A DNA stretch of 63,987 bases, taken from assembly GCA_044372565.1 (NCBI GenBank), contig JBILRP010000005.1, positions 1-63,987 of the forward strand. Direction: 5' to 3'. Numbering within the stretch: position 1 is the first letter of the stretch; every line of letters begins with the position of its first letter. The notes beneath the pieces were generated by a model. It ran no database searches and was not told the DNA's origin. It worked only from the letters and a program-made list of their open reading frames with translations. This stretch comes from Bacilli bacterium. GTDB lineage: Bacteria > Bacillota_I > Bacilli_A > RFN20 > CAG-826. The position numbers were made by a program, and so were the translations under genes. Shown piece after piece: positions 44,651 to 56,373 of the stretch.

Positions 44651-46972
44651 ATGCAAATTCATTTATCGGTTCATGATCTGGTTGATTTTGTGTTACGCAC
44701 CGGAGATTTAGACGGGCGTATTTTTAATCGTTCTACGATGCAAACCGGAACCGATATGCACAGGCAATACCAACAACAAGTACAAATTCCTGGATACCAT
44801 CGAGAAATGTTACTCCAAGGCGAGTTTAGTTTTGAAGCCTTAACCTTTCATGTCACCGGCAAAGCCGATGGTTTGTATGAGTCCGGTGAGACGGTTGTGA
44901 TTGAAGAAATCAAAACCACGATTGCCGATTTAAAAGTCTTTCATCAACAACACGAAACGTGGCACATGATGCAAGGTCTATTTTATGGCTATATGTATGC
45001 GTTACTTTATGGCAAAAAAACCATTGAGGTGAAATTGATTTATCTCCATCAAGTCGATAACGATCGACTTGATAGCACCTACACCTTTACTCTCGAGGAA
45101 GCCAAGCGAGACTTACAAGCGGTGGTCGATGAGTATGGCAGTTTTTATTCGATTGTCTTGAAGCGACAAGACGCATTAAAAGAAGCGTTACCTAAATTAC
45201 AATTTCCTTTTAAAACCTTTCGTCAGGGGCAACGTGATCTTGCAAAATATGTTTATGGGATTTCTCAAAAGGGTGGCCGGTTATTTGTCGAAGCGCCCAC
45301 AGGCATTGGTAAAACGATCTCGACATTATTTCCCATGGTTAAAGGTTTGTTTACACACCATGAAAAAGTATTTTATTTTACCGCGAAGAATTCGGGTAAA
45401 TTAGCAGCCGTGGAAGCATTAGAAAAATTAAGGGCACAAGGGATTCCTATTCGATATGTGGTCATCACCGCCAAAGATAAAATTAGTTTTTGTCCAAAAG
45501 GAAAGATCAATCCAGATGATTGTCTGTATGCTCGTGGGTATTATGACAAGATCAAGGATGTGTTGTTGGAAGGATTAACCAATCACGAATCCTTCGACCA
45601 AGCCACGATTGAATCGCTCGCGGAAAAGCATCAAGTTGAACCCTTTGAATTAAGTTTGGATCTTTCATTATATGTGGATGTGGTGATTGCCGATTATAAC
45701 TATCTATTTGACCCTAATGCTTATTTACGGCGTTTCTTTGAAGACATTCAGCATCCTTATGCGGTGCTCATAGATGAAGCCCATAATTTGGTTGAACGTA
45801 GTCGCGATATGTATTCAGCAATCTTATCAGATACCATCTTTTTTCAATTGGACAAGGCAACCAAAAAAGGAAGTTCAAAACCTTTTCGAACGCGAATTTC
45901 ACGGTTAATCAAACATTGGCGAACCCTCGTGGATGCGATTAGCGAACCTCAATTAGTCACCATTGAAGCGAGTTTTATTAATCAACTTGAAAAATTCATC
46001 ACCGAAGCGCAATTGGAAATGCGAACCAAACGAAAATCATTATCCGATGAAGCGATGGATAGTTATTTTAAAATCCAACGTTTTTTTCGTTTACGTGAAT
46101 TGGTTGGTGAACATTATCGGGATTGGGCGACCATCGATCAGGGAGAGCATCAAGTCCACTTTGAATGTCTTGATGCCTCGCAATATATTAAAACTCTAAC
46201 CCAACGACTTCATAGTGTTGTGTTCTTTTCTGCAACGTTGGCACCCCTCGATTATTATTTGCCAATGCTTGGAGCGGAAGCTCATGATGCTCGGTTTTTA
46301 CTTCCATCTCCATTTCCCCGGTCCAACTTTAAAGTCCTCATGGCCAGTAAAGTATCGACCACCTTAAAGACCAGAGACAAGACGTATCTAGAAGTTGCGC
46401 TTTATTTAGAAAAGTTAGTAGAAAACCGCTTAGGCAATTATTTAATCTTTTTCCCATCGTATCAATATTTGGATTCGGTTAAAAAACACCTTACGTTTGG
46501 CAAAGAGACGTTGATTCTCACCCAAACCAAAGAAATGACGTTGTCCGATCGAGAATTGTTTCTGAATCAATTCACGCATGCCCCCAAACAAACCACGGTT
46601 GGCTTAGCCGTGTTAGGTGGCATCTTTTCTGAAGGAATTGATTTGGTGGGTGATCGCCTCATTGGTGTGGGGATTGTCAGTGTTGGCTTACCTCAACTGT
46701 CATTTTCTCGTGATTTGATGGCCAAATATCAATCAAGTTTAGGCCATGAAGGATTTTCCTTTGCCTATGTCTATCCTGCCATCAACAAAGTTCTTCAAGC
46801 CATGGGTCGCGTGATACGTTCAGAAAAAGATAAAGGCGTTGCCTTGTTGATTGATGAACGTTATTTACGAGAAGAATATAGCGCCATCCAACAACGCTAC
46901 TCGCAATACGAAGTTGTTCACTCTCCGGATGAAGTTGAAGAAGCGCTAGCAACTTTCTTTCGCAAAGATTAG
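44651..46972 (+). CDS. PD-(D/E)XK nuclease-domain / XPD-DinG-like SF2 helicase fusion protein
   Basis: The N-terminus has GKADGL ... IEEIKT (D...ExK nuclease motif). The helicase part has Walker A EAPTGIGKT, DEAH box LIDEAHNL, ADYNYLFDP, and the C-terminal motifs FSEGIDL and QAMGRVIRS. Confidence 0.8.
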   Translation: MQIHLSVHDLVDFVLRTGDLDGRIFNRSTMQTGTDMHRQYQQQVQIPGYHREMLLQGEFSFEALTFHVTGKADGLYESGETVVIEEIKTTIADLKVFHQQHETWHMMQGLFYGYMYALLYGKKTIEVKLIYLHQVDNDRLDSTYTFTLEEAKRDLQAVVDEYGSFYSIVLKRQDALKEALPKLQFPFKTFRQGQRDLAKYVYGISQKGGRLFVEAPTGIGKTISTLFPMVKGLFTHHEKVFYFTAKNSGKLAAVEALEKLRAQGIPIRYVVITAKDKISFCPKGKINPDDCLYARGYYDKIKDVLLEGLTNHESFDQATIESLAEKHQVEPFELSLDLSLYVDVVIADYNYLFDPNAYLRRFFEDIQHPYAVLIDEAHNLVERSRDMYSAILSDTIFFQLDKATKKGSSKPFRTRISRLIKHWRTLVDAISEPQLVTIEASFINQLEKFITEAQLEMRTKRKSLSDEAMDSYFKIQRFFRLRELVGEHYRDWATIDQGEHQVHFECLDASQYIKTLTQRLHSVVFFSATLAPLDYYLPMLGAEAHDARFLLPSPFPRSNFKVLMASKVSTTLKTRDKTYLEVALYLEKLVENRLGNYLIFFPSYQYLDSVKKHLTFGKETLILTQTKEMTLSDRELFLNQFTHAPKQTTVGLAVLGGIFSEGIDLVGDRLIGVGIVSVGLPQLSFSRDLMAKYQSSLGHEGFSFAYVYPAINKVLQAMGRVIRSEKDKGVALLIDERYLREEYSAIQQRYSQYEVVHSPDEVEEALATFFRKD

Positions 46973-47014
46973 TAGCAAATAGGGCGAATAATCGGTATGA
47001 TTAAAGCGTAATTT

Positions 47015-48820
47015 ATGGCATACGACATTAAAAAAATTAGGAACTTCTCCATCATCGCCCATATCGACCATGGCAAGTCGACACTGGCCGATCGGATTTT
47101 GGAAATCACAGGTGCAGTCAGCAAACGGGAAATGAAAGAGCAAATGCTCGACTCGATGGATTTAGAACGTGAACGTGGCATTACGATTAAGTTAACCACG
47201 GTGACGTTGCAATATAAAGCTAGAGATGGTCAAGAGTATACCTTTAATTTAATCGACACCCCTGGGCATGTTGACTTTACCTATGAAGTCTCTCGCTCCT
47301 TGGCAGCATGTGAAGGCGCACTTTTAGTGGTGGACGCTTCTCAAGGTGTGGAAGCACAAACGTTAGCCAATGTGTATTTAGCCGTCGATAATAACTTATG
47401 GATCATTCCCTTAATCAATAAAGTCGATTTGCCTCAGTCCGACCCCGCCAAAGTCAAACTAGAAATTAAGAAACGTATTGGTCTTGATGCCCATGATGCC
47501 TTAGAGATTTCTGGGAAAACTGGGAAGAATGTTGCCGAAGTCCTCGAAAAAATCATTCAAGAAATTCCTCATCCTGAAGGGGAATATGATGCGCCATTAA
47601 AAGCATTAATTTTTGACTCGTTTTATGATGCCTATCGTGGGGTGGTTGCCTTGCTTCGAATCAAAGAAGGTCACGTTAAAGTTGGCGATTATATTCAATT
47701 GATGGCATCGGGTCACGTGTATCAAGTCACTGAACTCGGGATTTTTCGGCCTCAGCAAGAAAAGAAAAATGAACTTGCTGCTGGAGAAGTTGGTTATCTT
47801 GCTGCGCAAATTCGCGAAATTAAAGATGTCCGATCTGGAGAAACCATCACTTTACGAGATCATGCGGCCAAGGAACCTTTACCTGGATATCGCGATTTAA
47901 ACCCAATGGTTTTCTGTGGATTATTTCCTGTGGATGGCAAAGAATATAGTGATTTAAAGGATGCCTTAGGTAAACTCGCGTTGAGTGATGCCAGTTTAAA
48001 GTTTGAACCAGAAACCTCCCAAGCCTTAGGGTTTGGTTATCGTTGTGGCTTTTTAGGCTTGCTCCATATGGACGTCATCCAAGAACGCTTGGAAAGAGAA
48101 TATAATCTCAACTTGATCTTAACTGCACCAAGTGTCATCTACCATGTCCTTTTACATAATGGAGAGATGATCAAGTTAGACAATCCAAATAAATTACCTA
48201 ATCTTTCGTTAATCAAAGAAATCAGTGAACCTTATGTGAAAGCGACGATGACAACCCCAAAAGAATATGTCGGTCCATTAATGGAACTTTGCCAAACTCG
48301 TCGTGGCATCTATACCGAGTTGGAATACGTTGATGAAACGAGAATGACACTTCGTTATGAGTTGCCTCTAGCAGAAATTGTTTATAACTTTTTTGATAAA
48401 TTAAAAAGCTTATCCAAAGGTTACGCATCGTTTGATTATGTCTTATCCGACTATAAGATTGGCAACTTAGCAAAAATGGACATCATGTTAAATAGCGAAG
48501 TCATTGATGCCTTATCGACGATTGTCCATAAGCCATCCGCCTACCAACGAGGCAACTTTATCGTTGAAAAACTGAAGAACATTATTCCTCGGCAACAATT
48601 TGAAATACCTATCCAAGCAGCGATCAATGGCAAAGTTATTGCCCGGACCGATATCCGCGCAGTGAGAAAAGATGTTTTGGCCAAATGTTATGGTGGGGAT
48701 ATTTCCCGTAAACGTAAACTCTTAGATAAGCAAAAAGAAGGCAAAAAGCGAATGAAGAACATTGGTTCTGTTGAAGTCCCTCAAGAAGCATTCATGACCG
48801 TCTTATCCATCGACGATTAA
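47015..48820 (+). CDS. lepA: Elongation factor 4 (LepA)
   Basis: [28 protein letters not shown] and NKVD motifs, plus the LepA C-terminal domain. Confidence 0.97.
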   Translation: MAYDIKKIRNFSIIAHIDHGKSTLADRILEITGAVSKREMKEQMLDSMDLERERGITIKLTTVTLQYKARDGQEYTFNLIDTPGHVDFTYEVSRSLAACEGALLVVDASQGVEAQTLANVYLAVDNNLWIIPLINKVDLPQSDPAKVKLEIKKRIGLDAHDALEISGKTGKNVAEVLEKIIQEIPHPEGEYDAPLKALIFDSFYDAYRGVVALLRIKEGHVKVGDYIQLMASGHVYQVTELGIFRPQQEKKNELAAGEVGYLAAQIREIKDVRSGETITLRDHAAKEPLPGYRDLNPMVFCGLFPVDGKEYSDLKDALGKLALSDASLKFEPETSQALGFGYRCGFLGLLHMDVIQERLEREYNLNLILTAPSVIYHVLLHNGEMIKLDNPNKLPNLSLIKEISEPYVKATMTTPKEYVGPLMELCQTRRGIYTELEYVDETRMTLRYELPLAEIVYNFFDKLKSLSKGYASFDYVLSDYKIGNLAKMDIMLNSEVIDALSTIVHKPSAYQRGNFIVEKLKNIIPRQQFEIPIQAAINGKVIARTDIRAVRKDVLAKCYGGDISRKRKLLDKQKEGKKRMKNIGSVEVPQEAFMTVLSIDD

Positions 48821-48889
48821 ACAAAATTTCATTGCTACTAAATTTCTACTATTTTTAGTTACTTTATGGTATATTTTTGAGAGTAATTT

Positions 48890-50221
48890 ATGCCAGTCAA
48901 TGATTTAGCCATCCGTTTCACGGATGAGCATTACGCGACCAAACAAGATGTGGCGAAAACCCTTGGGACTGCCGTCGTCGATGCCTTATGGGGCACGATC
49001 GTGGATTACCGGGCAACGTTTGCTAGAATTTTACCTTTGCAAGCGATGGATAAGCAACCTTTACAGATTGTTTTGACCCCAAGTATTTTAGAAAAAGTCA
49101 TGGCCTTTGACCGAAAAATGTCTAAGGTAGTCAGCTTACTAAATTATCATCAAATACAAACAGAATTACCTTCAGTCTTTCACCCTTTGCTCGTGCCAAT
49201 CCTCACCGCGGTTGGCAAACAGTACGGTGCATCGACCGCGGAACGAAATGTGATGTATATTCTTGAAGAAAAAGACGTTGAACGTAAAGCAGAATTGGCA
49301 TCCGTGAATCAGTATTATCGCGGGTTAAAACTTATCGCCAAACGTCGGCAAACTAAACTCGATGAAGACCTGATGGGTGAATTGCTCATGTTATTAAACA
49401 CCACCCAAGAATTGAGCATGTTTTACCGGGAAAAAGAATTAACGAATCGACCGAAAAGTTTGGTGGCAAGAGTCTATGAAGCAGCACCTTACAAATTGAT
49501 CGAACCGATGATGCAAACCTTATTAACCACGATCAAGACTTTAACCTTGTCACCCATTGTGGTTGCCACCATTGCCCTTTACTACCTTGATTACATCAAA
49601 CCCTTTGAAGCGTTTAATGATGAGATGAGTTTCTTATTGTTTAAAAATATTCTTGTTCATAGTGATTATGAATCCGCTGCATGTTTTTTAAACCTTGAAC
49701 AATTGATGGAAAATGAAGCGTATGAAAAACGCTTGCTTGAAGTTCAACGAACCAGAGACATCACCTACTTATTGGATTTTTTATTACAACCGATGATGAC
49801 AAGTGTTGATCAATTGCTGGATCGGCTTGTCTCGATGCAGAAAAACGCTGTGATTGAAGAAGCCAAACAATCATCACCCAAACCATCATCTTACCCATTG
49901 CCTTCGCCTTTACCCAAAGAAACCAAACCTTTTTCTAGCAGTGAATATACCGTTGGCGAGGTTGAAGCCAATCGTTTACAACAACATTTATTGGAAACCC
50001 ACCCGAGCATGAAAAAGGGTGAAGCTATTTTCTACGCTCGACATCACACCTTGGGAAAATACTACACATTATCACAATACAAACAACAATTGGAGTGCGC
50101 GTATGAAACGGCAAGAACTTCAATGGAACATTTGGTGAAACTAGGGTATTATCGTAAAGAGAAATATAAAAATAAATTTGTCTACACACCCGTAGATTTA
50201 AAAGGAGCAACCCATGACTAA
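48890..50221 (+). CDS. Fic-fold-like protein with degenerate active-site motif and C-terminal winged-helix domain
   Basis: The helical core has IKPFEAFNDEMSFLLF where Fic proteins carry HPFxDGNGRxxR; only P, F and N are retained. The C-terminus (ETARTSMEHLVKLGYYRKEKYKNKFVYTP) is wHTH-like. The assignment is by eye only. Confidence 0.5.
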   Translation: MPVNDLAIRFTDEHYATKQDVAKTLGTAVVDALWGTIVDYRATFARILPLQAMDKQPLQIVLTPSILEKVMAFDRKMSKVVSLLNYHQIQTELPSVFHPLLVPILTAVGKQYGASTAERNVMYILEEKDVERKAELASVNQYYRGLKLIAKRRQTKLDEDLMGELLMLLNTTQELSMFYREKELTNRPKSLVARVYEAAPYKLIEPMMQTLLTTIKTLTLSPIVVATIALYYLDYIKPFEAFNDEMSFLLFKNILVHSDYESAACFLNLEQLMENEAYEKRLLEVQRTRDITYLLDFLLQPMMTSVDQLLDRLVSMQKNAVIEEAKQSSPKPSSYPLPSPLPKETKPFSSSEYTVGEVEANRLQQHLLETHPSMKKGEAIFYARHHTLGKYYTLSQYKQQLECAYETARTSMEHLVKLGYYRKEKYKNKFVYTPVDLKGATHD

Positions 50222-50534
50222 CTTCTATACAGGCTTCTTCAATAATGGCATTGTCACCATCCTCTTGCTTTTAATTATTTTCGCTTCGATTGCGTTGTTG
50301 GCAAGTTGGATCAGAAAAATCCTTTTACCAGAAACCAAAGATACCCTCAAGGTCGATCCAAAAAAAGCTGTGAAAGAAGAACTTGATCGCGTGTTAGTGC
50401 CATTAGAAAACCCATTAACCCCAAAAACAAAAACGGGTACAATTGAATTAGTGAAGGCAAAAAAATCATCCCCATCGAAGACTAAAAAACAATCAACCAA
50501 GAATGCAACCAAACGTCGAAGCAAAGTTTCCTAA
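50214..50534 (+). CDS. Small single-pass membrane protein with Lys/Ser/Thr-rich basic tail
   Basis: AAAGGAG SD lies 7 nt upstream. ATGACTAA gives an 8-nt overlap with the upstream gene. One N-terminal TM segment (IVTILLLLIIFASIALLASWI) and a basic tail (KAKKSSPSKTKKQSTKNATKRRSK). Confidence 0.45.
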   Translation: MTNFYTGFFNNGIVTILLLLIIFASIALLASWIRKILLPETKDTLKVDPKKAVKEELDRVLVPLENPLTPKTKTGTIELVKAKKSSPSKTKKQSTKNATKRRSKVS

Positions 50535-51624
50535 GTCCTTATACGTTCACATTCCTTATTGTGATCATATTTGCCATTACTGCGATTTCACCAAGATGCT
50601 AACAAACCGGCAGCAAACGCTGACGTATGTGAATGAAGTCTTAAAAGAAATTGCTTCTTATGGTCAGCATCTTTATCAAACCATTTTTTTTGGTGGAGGC
50701 ACGCCAACCGCTTTAAACGATGAAGAGCTCAACATTCTCTGCCAAGGGGTCGCCAAATTTGCTTCACCTGATGCAGAATGGTCTGTGGAATGTAACGTTG
50801 AGTCCACCACCCCTGAAAAATTAGCATTGATGAAACAAGCAGGCGTGAATCGTTTATCCTTTGGGGTGCAAACCTTTAAAGTTGATGCCTTAAAGGCCTT
50901 GAATCGCCATCACGATCACCATGATATTGTCACCACGATTCAAGAAGCAAAGCGACAAGGATATCAACGCATCAATGTTGATCTGATTTATGATTTGCCG
51001 AAAGTCAGTGATGAAGATTTAAACGATGATTTAAAAAAGTTTTTAACCTTGGATGTTGATCATATTGCCACCTATGCCTTAACCATTCACCCCAACACGG
51101 TATTTGGGATTCAAAAACTTAAACCTGTAAGCGACGACGTCTCTCGTCGGCATTATGAAACCATTTATCATACCTTGCTTGATGAAGGTTACGAACGTTA
51201 TGAAGTAAGTAATTTTGCAAGGAACAAAGATTACGCCCGTCATAATTTAACGTATTGGCGGAATCAAGAATACATTGGCTGCGGTTTAGGGGCCAGTGGT
51301 TATCTTCATGGTGTACGTTACACCAACACCAAGAACATGACCAAATATCTTCAAGGGGTTCGTCGCGATCAAGAAGAAGTCATTGACCTGACCATGAAAC
51401 GTTTTGAGTTTTTAATGTTAAACCTAAGATTAAACGAAGGCTTTTCATTAAGCACCTTTCAAGAGGAATTTCAACAAACGTTTGAAGTAACCTATGAAAA
51501 AAACTTGCCAGCATTGATTGAAAAAAAATTATTAACCATCGAAGAAAACCGTGTTCGTTTAACTTTTGAAGGCATGTTATTGCTCGACTATGTCTTGCTA
51601 AAATTAACCAAAGACACAATTTAG
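50503..51624 (+). CDS. hemW: Radical SAM heme chaperone HemW (coproporphyrinogen III oxidase-like)
   Basis: LYVHIPYCDHICHYCDF (CxxxCxxC) motif, a HemN_C-like C-terminus and the conserved position before hrcA. Confidence 0.85.
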   Translation: MQPNVEAKFPKSLYVHIPYCDHICHYCDFTKMLTNRQQTLTYVNEVLKEIASYGQHLYQTIFFGGGTPTALNDEELNILCQGVAKFASPDAEWSVECNVESTTPEKLALMKQAGVNRLSFGVQTFKVDALKALNRHHDHHDIVTTIQEAKRQGYQRINVDLIYDLPKVSDEDLNDDLKKFLTLDVDHIATYALTIHPNTVFGIQKLKPVSDDVSRRHYETIYHTLLDEGYERYEVSNFARNKDYARHNLTYWRNQEYIGCGLGASGYLHGVRYTNTKNMTKYLQGVRRDQEEVIDLTMKRFEFLMLNLRLNEGFSLSTFQEEFQQTFEVTYEKNLPALIEKKLLTIEENRVRLTFEGMLLLDYVLLKLTKDTI

Positions 51625-51647
51625 CACTTTATATTTGACAGTGCCAA
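51621..51647 (+). promoter_or_regulatory. Degenerate CIRCE-like inverted repeat overlapping the -35
   Basis: TTAGCACTT-N9-CAGTGCCAA compared with the consensus TTAGCACTC-N9-GAGTGCTAA (3 mismatches). Confidence 0.4.
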
Positions 51648-51662
51648 AAACCTTGTTATAAT
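51635..51662 (+). promoter_or_regulatory. Sigma-A promoter of the hrcA-grpE-dnaK-dnaJ operon
   Basis: TTGACA (51635-51640), 16-nt spacer with TGt, TATAAT (51657-51662). Confidence 0.6.
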
Positions 51663-51666
51663 AATT

Positions 51667-51693
51667 TTAGCACTCAATCTATTTGAATGCTAA
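51667..51693 (+). promoter_or_regulatory. CIRCE operator (HrcA binding site)
   Basis: TTAGCACTC-AATCTATTT-GAATGCTAA has one mismatch to the CIRCE consensus. It lies between the -10 and the SD. Confidence 0.85.
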
Positions 51694-51704
51694 AGGAGGT
51701 TTGT

Positions 51705-52757
51705 ATGGAACGCAATCGCCGAGATTTAATTCTTAAACATATTGTCGAGCATTTCATTAAAACCGCTTCACCTGTTGGTTCTCACACCTTAATTGAAACC
51801 TATCAACTTCCATTTTCTTCAGCGACCATTCGCAACGAAATGCTTTCGTTAGAACAAGATGGTTTGCTAGAAAAAACCCATACGTCGTCAGGTCGTATCC
51901 CTTCGAGTCAAGGGTATCAATATTATGTCGATCATCTTCGTAGCAAAAGTGTGGATGAACGTATCAAACAACAACTTCAAGTGATGCTGTCACAAAAAAC
52001 TCAATCCGTCACGGATATTATCCAAAAGAGTTCCGAGATTCTTTCCAATATGACTAAACTTGCCTCGGTCGTCTTAGGTCCTAATGCCCAACAAGAAAAG
52101 TTAATGAGTATCCAAGTGACGCCATTAGAAAACAATTCAGCAACCGCGGTGTTTATTACCGACTCAGGTTATGTTGAAAACAAAACTTTTGTCCTTCCCA
52201 CCAACATTGATAAAGAAGCTTTAGCCGATTGCATGAACTTAATTAACAAGCGCTTAAAAGGAACCCCAGTTGCAAACCTATCGGAAAAGATGGATGCGAT
52301 CAGACCCATTCTTGAAGATTATATTGTCGAACACGACGCGGTTTATCAAGCCTTCGCTCAAGCGTTTATTAATTTTGCCAGTGAACGACTCAAGTTATAT
52401 GGCAAAGATTCCTTATTCAATCAACCAGAATTTGCCCATGATGGCGATAAGTTAAGAAAGATTCTCACGATGTTAGAATCACCCAAACTCTTGGATGAAA
52501 TTCATCTTAATAAAAACAGTTTAACCGTCAACATTGGTAACGCTGAATCCCATCAAGACTTATCGATTGTCTCAAGTAAATTGAAAATGCCTGGGGAAAA
52601 AGAAGGTCGGATTGCCTTGGTTGGACCTACACGAATGGATTATGATCGAGCCTTGTCAGCACTCGAGTATGTCACGGACATGCTAGAAAAATACTTTGAA
52701 AAGAATGCTGAAAAACCAACGGATAAAAAAAAGGAGAAGAAACATGAAAAAGAATGA
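51705..52757 (+). CDS. hrcA: Heat-inducible transcription repressor HrcA
   Basis: MERNRRDLILKHIVEHFIKTASPVGS... I chose the ATG at 51705, 7 nt after AGGAGG. The track start at 51687 lies inside CIRCE. Confidence 0.95.
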   Translation: MERNRRDLILKHIVEHFIKTASPVGSHTLIETYQLPFSSATIRNEMLSLEQDGLLEKTHTSSGRIPSSQGYQYYVDHLRSKSVDERIKQQLQVMLSQKTQSVTDIIQKSSEILSNMTKLASVVLGPNAQQEKLMSIQVTPLENNSATAVFITDSGYVENKTFVLPTNIDKEALADCMNLINKRLKGTPVANLSEKMDAIRPILEDYIVEHDAVYQAFAQAFINFASERLKLYGKDSLFNQPEFAHDGDKLRKILTMLESPKLLDEIHLNKNSLTVNIGNAESHQDLSIVSSKLKMPGEKEGRIALVGPTRMDYDRALSALEYVTDMLEKYFEKNAEKPTDKKKEKKHEKE

Positions 52758-53370
52758 CAACGAACAAGAGATGGATGTAAATAAAGAAGCTCAACCTGCA
52801 ACTGAAAAAAAAGAAGAAATAAAAAAAGAATTGACACTGGAAGAAAAAATACTCGCCTTAGAAGCAGAAATCTATCAATGGAAAAACAAGTACGCGATGA
52901 TGTTCGCGGACATGGATAACCTTCAAAAAAACCGAGATAAATCATTTTCTGAGGCGTTAAAATATCGTTCTGAAGGATTTGTTGATAAGTTAATTCCCGC
53001 TCTAGAATCGTTACACATTGCCTTAAAGAATCCAGTCGATGATCCTAAGGTGAAAAACTACTTGGTTGGCTTTCAATACATCTATAACCAAATCCAACAA
53101 GCATTAGACGATGAAGGTGTGAAAGAAATTCCTGTCAAAGTCAACGATGCGTTTGATGTGATGACCATGCACGCCCTTGAATCTCAAGTCAGTGAAGGCA
53201 AACCCAATCGCATCTTGAAGATCCTGTCACCAGGATTTAAATTGCATGATCGGGTTGTTAAACAAGTACTGGTGATTGTCTCGAAACTAGCCGATGCGCC
53301 TAACAAAGATACCTCCAAGACAAATACTGGAGAAGAAAAAAAGGAAAAAGACGGCAATCAAGCCTCTTAA
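52744..53370 (+). CDS. grpE: Nucleotide exchange factor GrpE
   Basis: Coiled-coil N-terminus and GrpE core (FADMDNLQKN ... ALESLHIAL ... FDVMTMHA). I chose the ATG at 52744 after AAGGAG. Confidence 0.9.
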   Translation: MKKNDNEQEMDVNKEAQPATEKKEEIKKELTLEEKILALEAEIYQWKNKYAMMFADMDNLQKNRDKSFSEALKYRSEGFVDKLIPALESLHIALKNPVDDPKVKNYLVGFQYIYNQIQQALDDEGVKEIPVKVNDAFDVMTMHALESQVSEGKPNRILKILSPGFKLHDRVVKQVLVIVSKLADAPNKDTSKTNTGEEKKEKDGNQAS

Positions 53371-55218
<1,848 letters not shown>

Positions 55219-55225
55219 GTAGTCC

Positions 55226-56359
55226 ATGGCTACCAAAAGAGATTTTTACGACGTCCTTGGCATCAGTAAAAGCGCCAGTAAGGATGACATCAAAGCTGCT
55301 TATCGCAAACTTGCAAAGCAATACCATCCTGATCTGAACAAAGCTCCGGATGCTGAAAAGAAATTTAAAGAAGTGCAAGAAGCTTACGATATTCTTTTTG
55401 ATGAGCAAAAGCGTGCGGCTTATGACCAGTTTGGTCATGCAGCGTTTGATCAACAAGGTGGTGGCGGCAATCCTTTCCAAGGCGGAGGATTTGGTGGGTT
55501 TTCCGGTTTCCAAGATGTCGATTTAGGTGATGTCTTTGGTTCTTTCTTTGGTGGGGGCCAACGTCGTAGCCGACAACCAAGTGGACCCCAACGTGGCGCG
55601 GATACGCAAATGCGTTTACGCATCGATTTTATGGACGCCATCAATGGAAAGAAATTAACCATCCCTATTCAATACGATGAAAGCTGTCTGACGTGTGCCG
55701 GATCAGGCGCAAGATCAAGCAGTGATTTAGAAACTTGCCGTCAATGTAATGGATCAGGTCGGCAACGTGTTCGTCAACGGACGATTTTAGGGATGATGGA
55801 AACCGAAGCCGTTTGTGATAATTGTCAAGGTCGTGGCAAAAAGATTAAAGCAACGTGTGCCACTTGCCAAGGCAAAGGCTACAACAGAACTAAAACGGAT
55901 ATTGAAGTGAACATCCCTGCAGGCATCAACACCGGTCAACAAATTCGCATCAGTGGTAAAGGCGAACGTGGTGATTTAGGTGGTCCTAATGGAGATTTGT
56001 ATTTAGAAATATCCATCAATAAGCACCCCCACTTTAATCGAGAAGGCAATGATATCCATTTAGAAATTCCAATTTCTTTTGTCGATGCAACCTTAGGCGT
56101 TACCTTAGATATTCCGACGGTGTATGGCGATGTCTCGTTAATGATTCCTGCGGGAACTCAACCTGATAAAGTCTTAAAGGTTAAAGGCAAAGGCGTGAAA
56201 GATTTACGCGGGCAAGCGCCTGGAGATCAATACATTCATTTAAAAATTGAGACCCCAACGAACTTAAGTAAAAAACAAAAAGACTTACTTGAATCCTTTC
56301 GAAGCGATGAACAACAAGAAACTTCTTTTAAAAAATTTAAAAAGTTTTTTCGAAATTAA
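55226..56359 (+). CDS. dnaJ: Molecular chaperone DnaJ
   Basis: J domain with HPD, a G/F region and four CxxCxGxG repeats. Confidence 0.95.
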   Translation: MATKRDFYDVLGISKSASKDDIKAAYRKLAKQYHPDLNKAPDAEKKFKEVQEAYDILFDEQKRAAYDQFGHAAFDQQGGGGNPFQGGGFGGFSGFQDVDLGDVFGSFFGGGQRRSRQPSGPQRGADTQMRLRIDFMDAINGKKLTIPIQYDESCLTCAGSGARSSSDLETCRQCNGSGRQRVRQRTILGMMETEAVCDNCQGRGKKIKATCATCQGKGYNRTKTDIEVNIPAGINTGQQIRISGKGERGDLGGPNGDLYLEISINKHPHFNREGNDIHLEIPISFVDATLGVTLDIPTVYGDVSLMIPAGTQPDKVLKVKGKGVKDLRGQAPGDQYIHLKIETPTNLSKKQKDLLESFRSDEQQETSFKKFKKFFRN

Positions 56360-56373
56360 CTTATAATAAAATT

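Noticed and set aside
50225-50524. 99-aa minus-strand ORF antisense to the small membrane-protein gene
   Set aside because: It is the mirror image of a Lys-rich (AAA/AAG) coding region, giving a Phe/Leu-rich artefact. It has no SD or promoter context, whereas the + strand gene has a strong SD and translational coupling.
52640-52945. 101-aa minus-strand ORF across the hrcA/grpE junction, and similar antisense ORFs at 28590-28922, 38491-38805, 54033-54347 and 55199-55513
   Set aside because: All lie antisense to confidently identified conserved genes, have low-complexity or hydrophobic artefact composition and lack start context. I treated them as spurious shadow ORFs.
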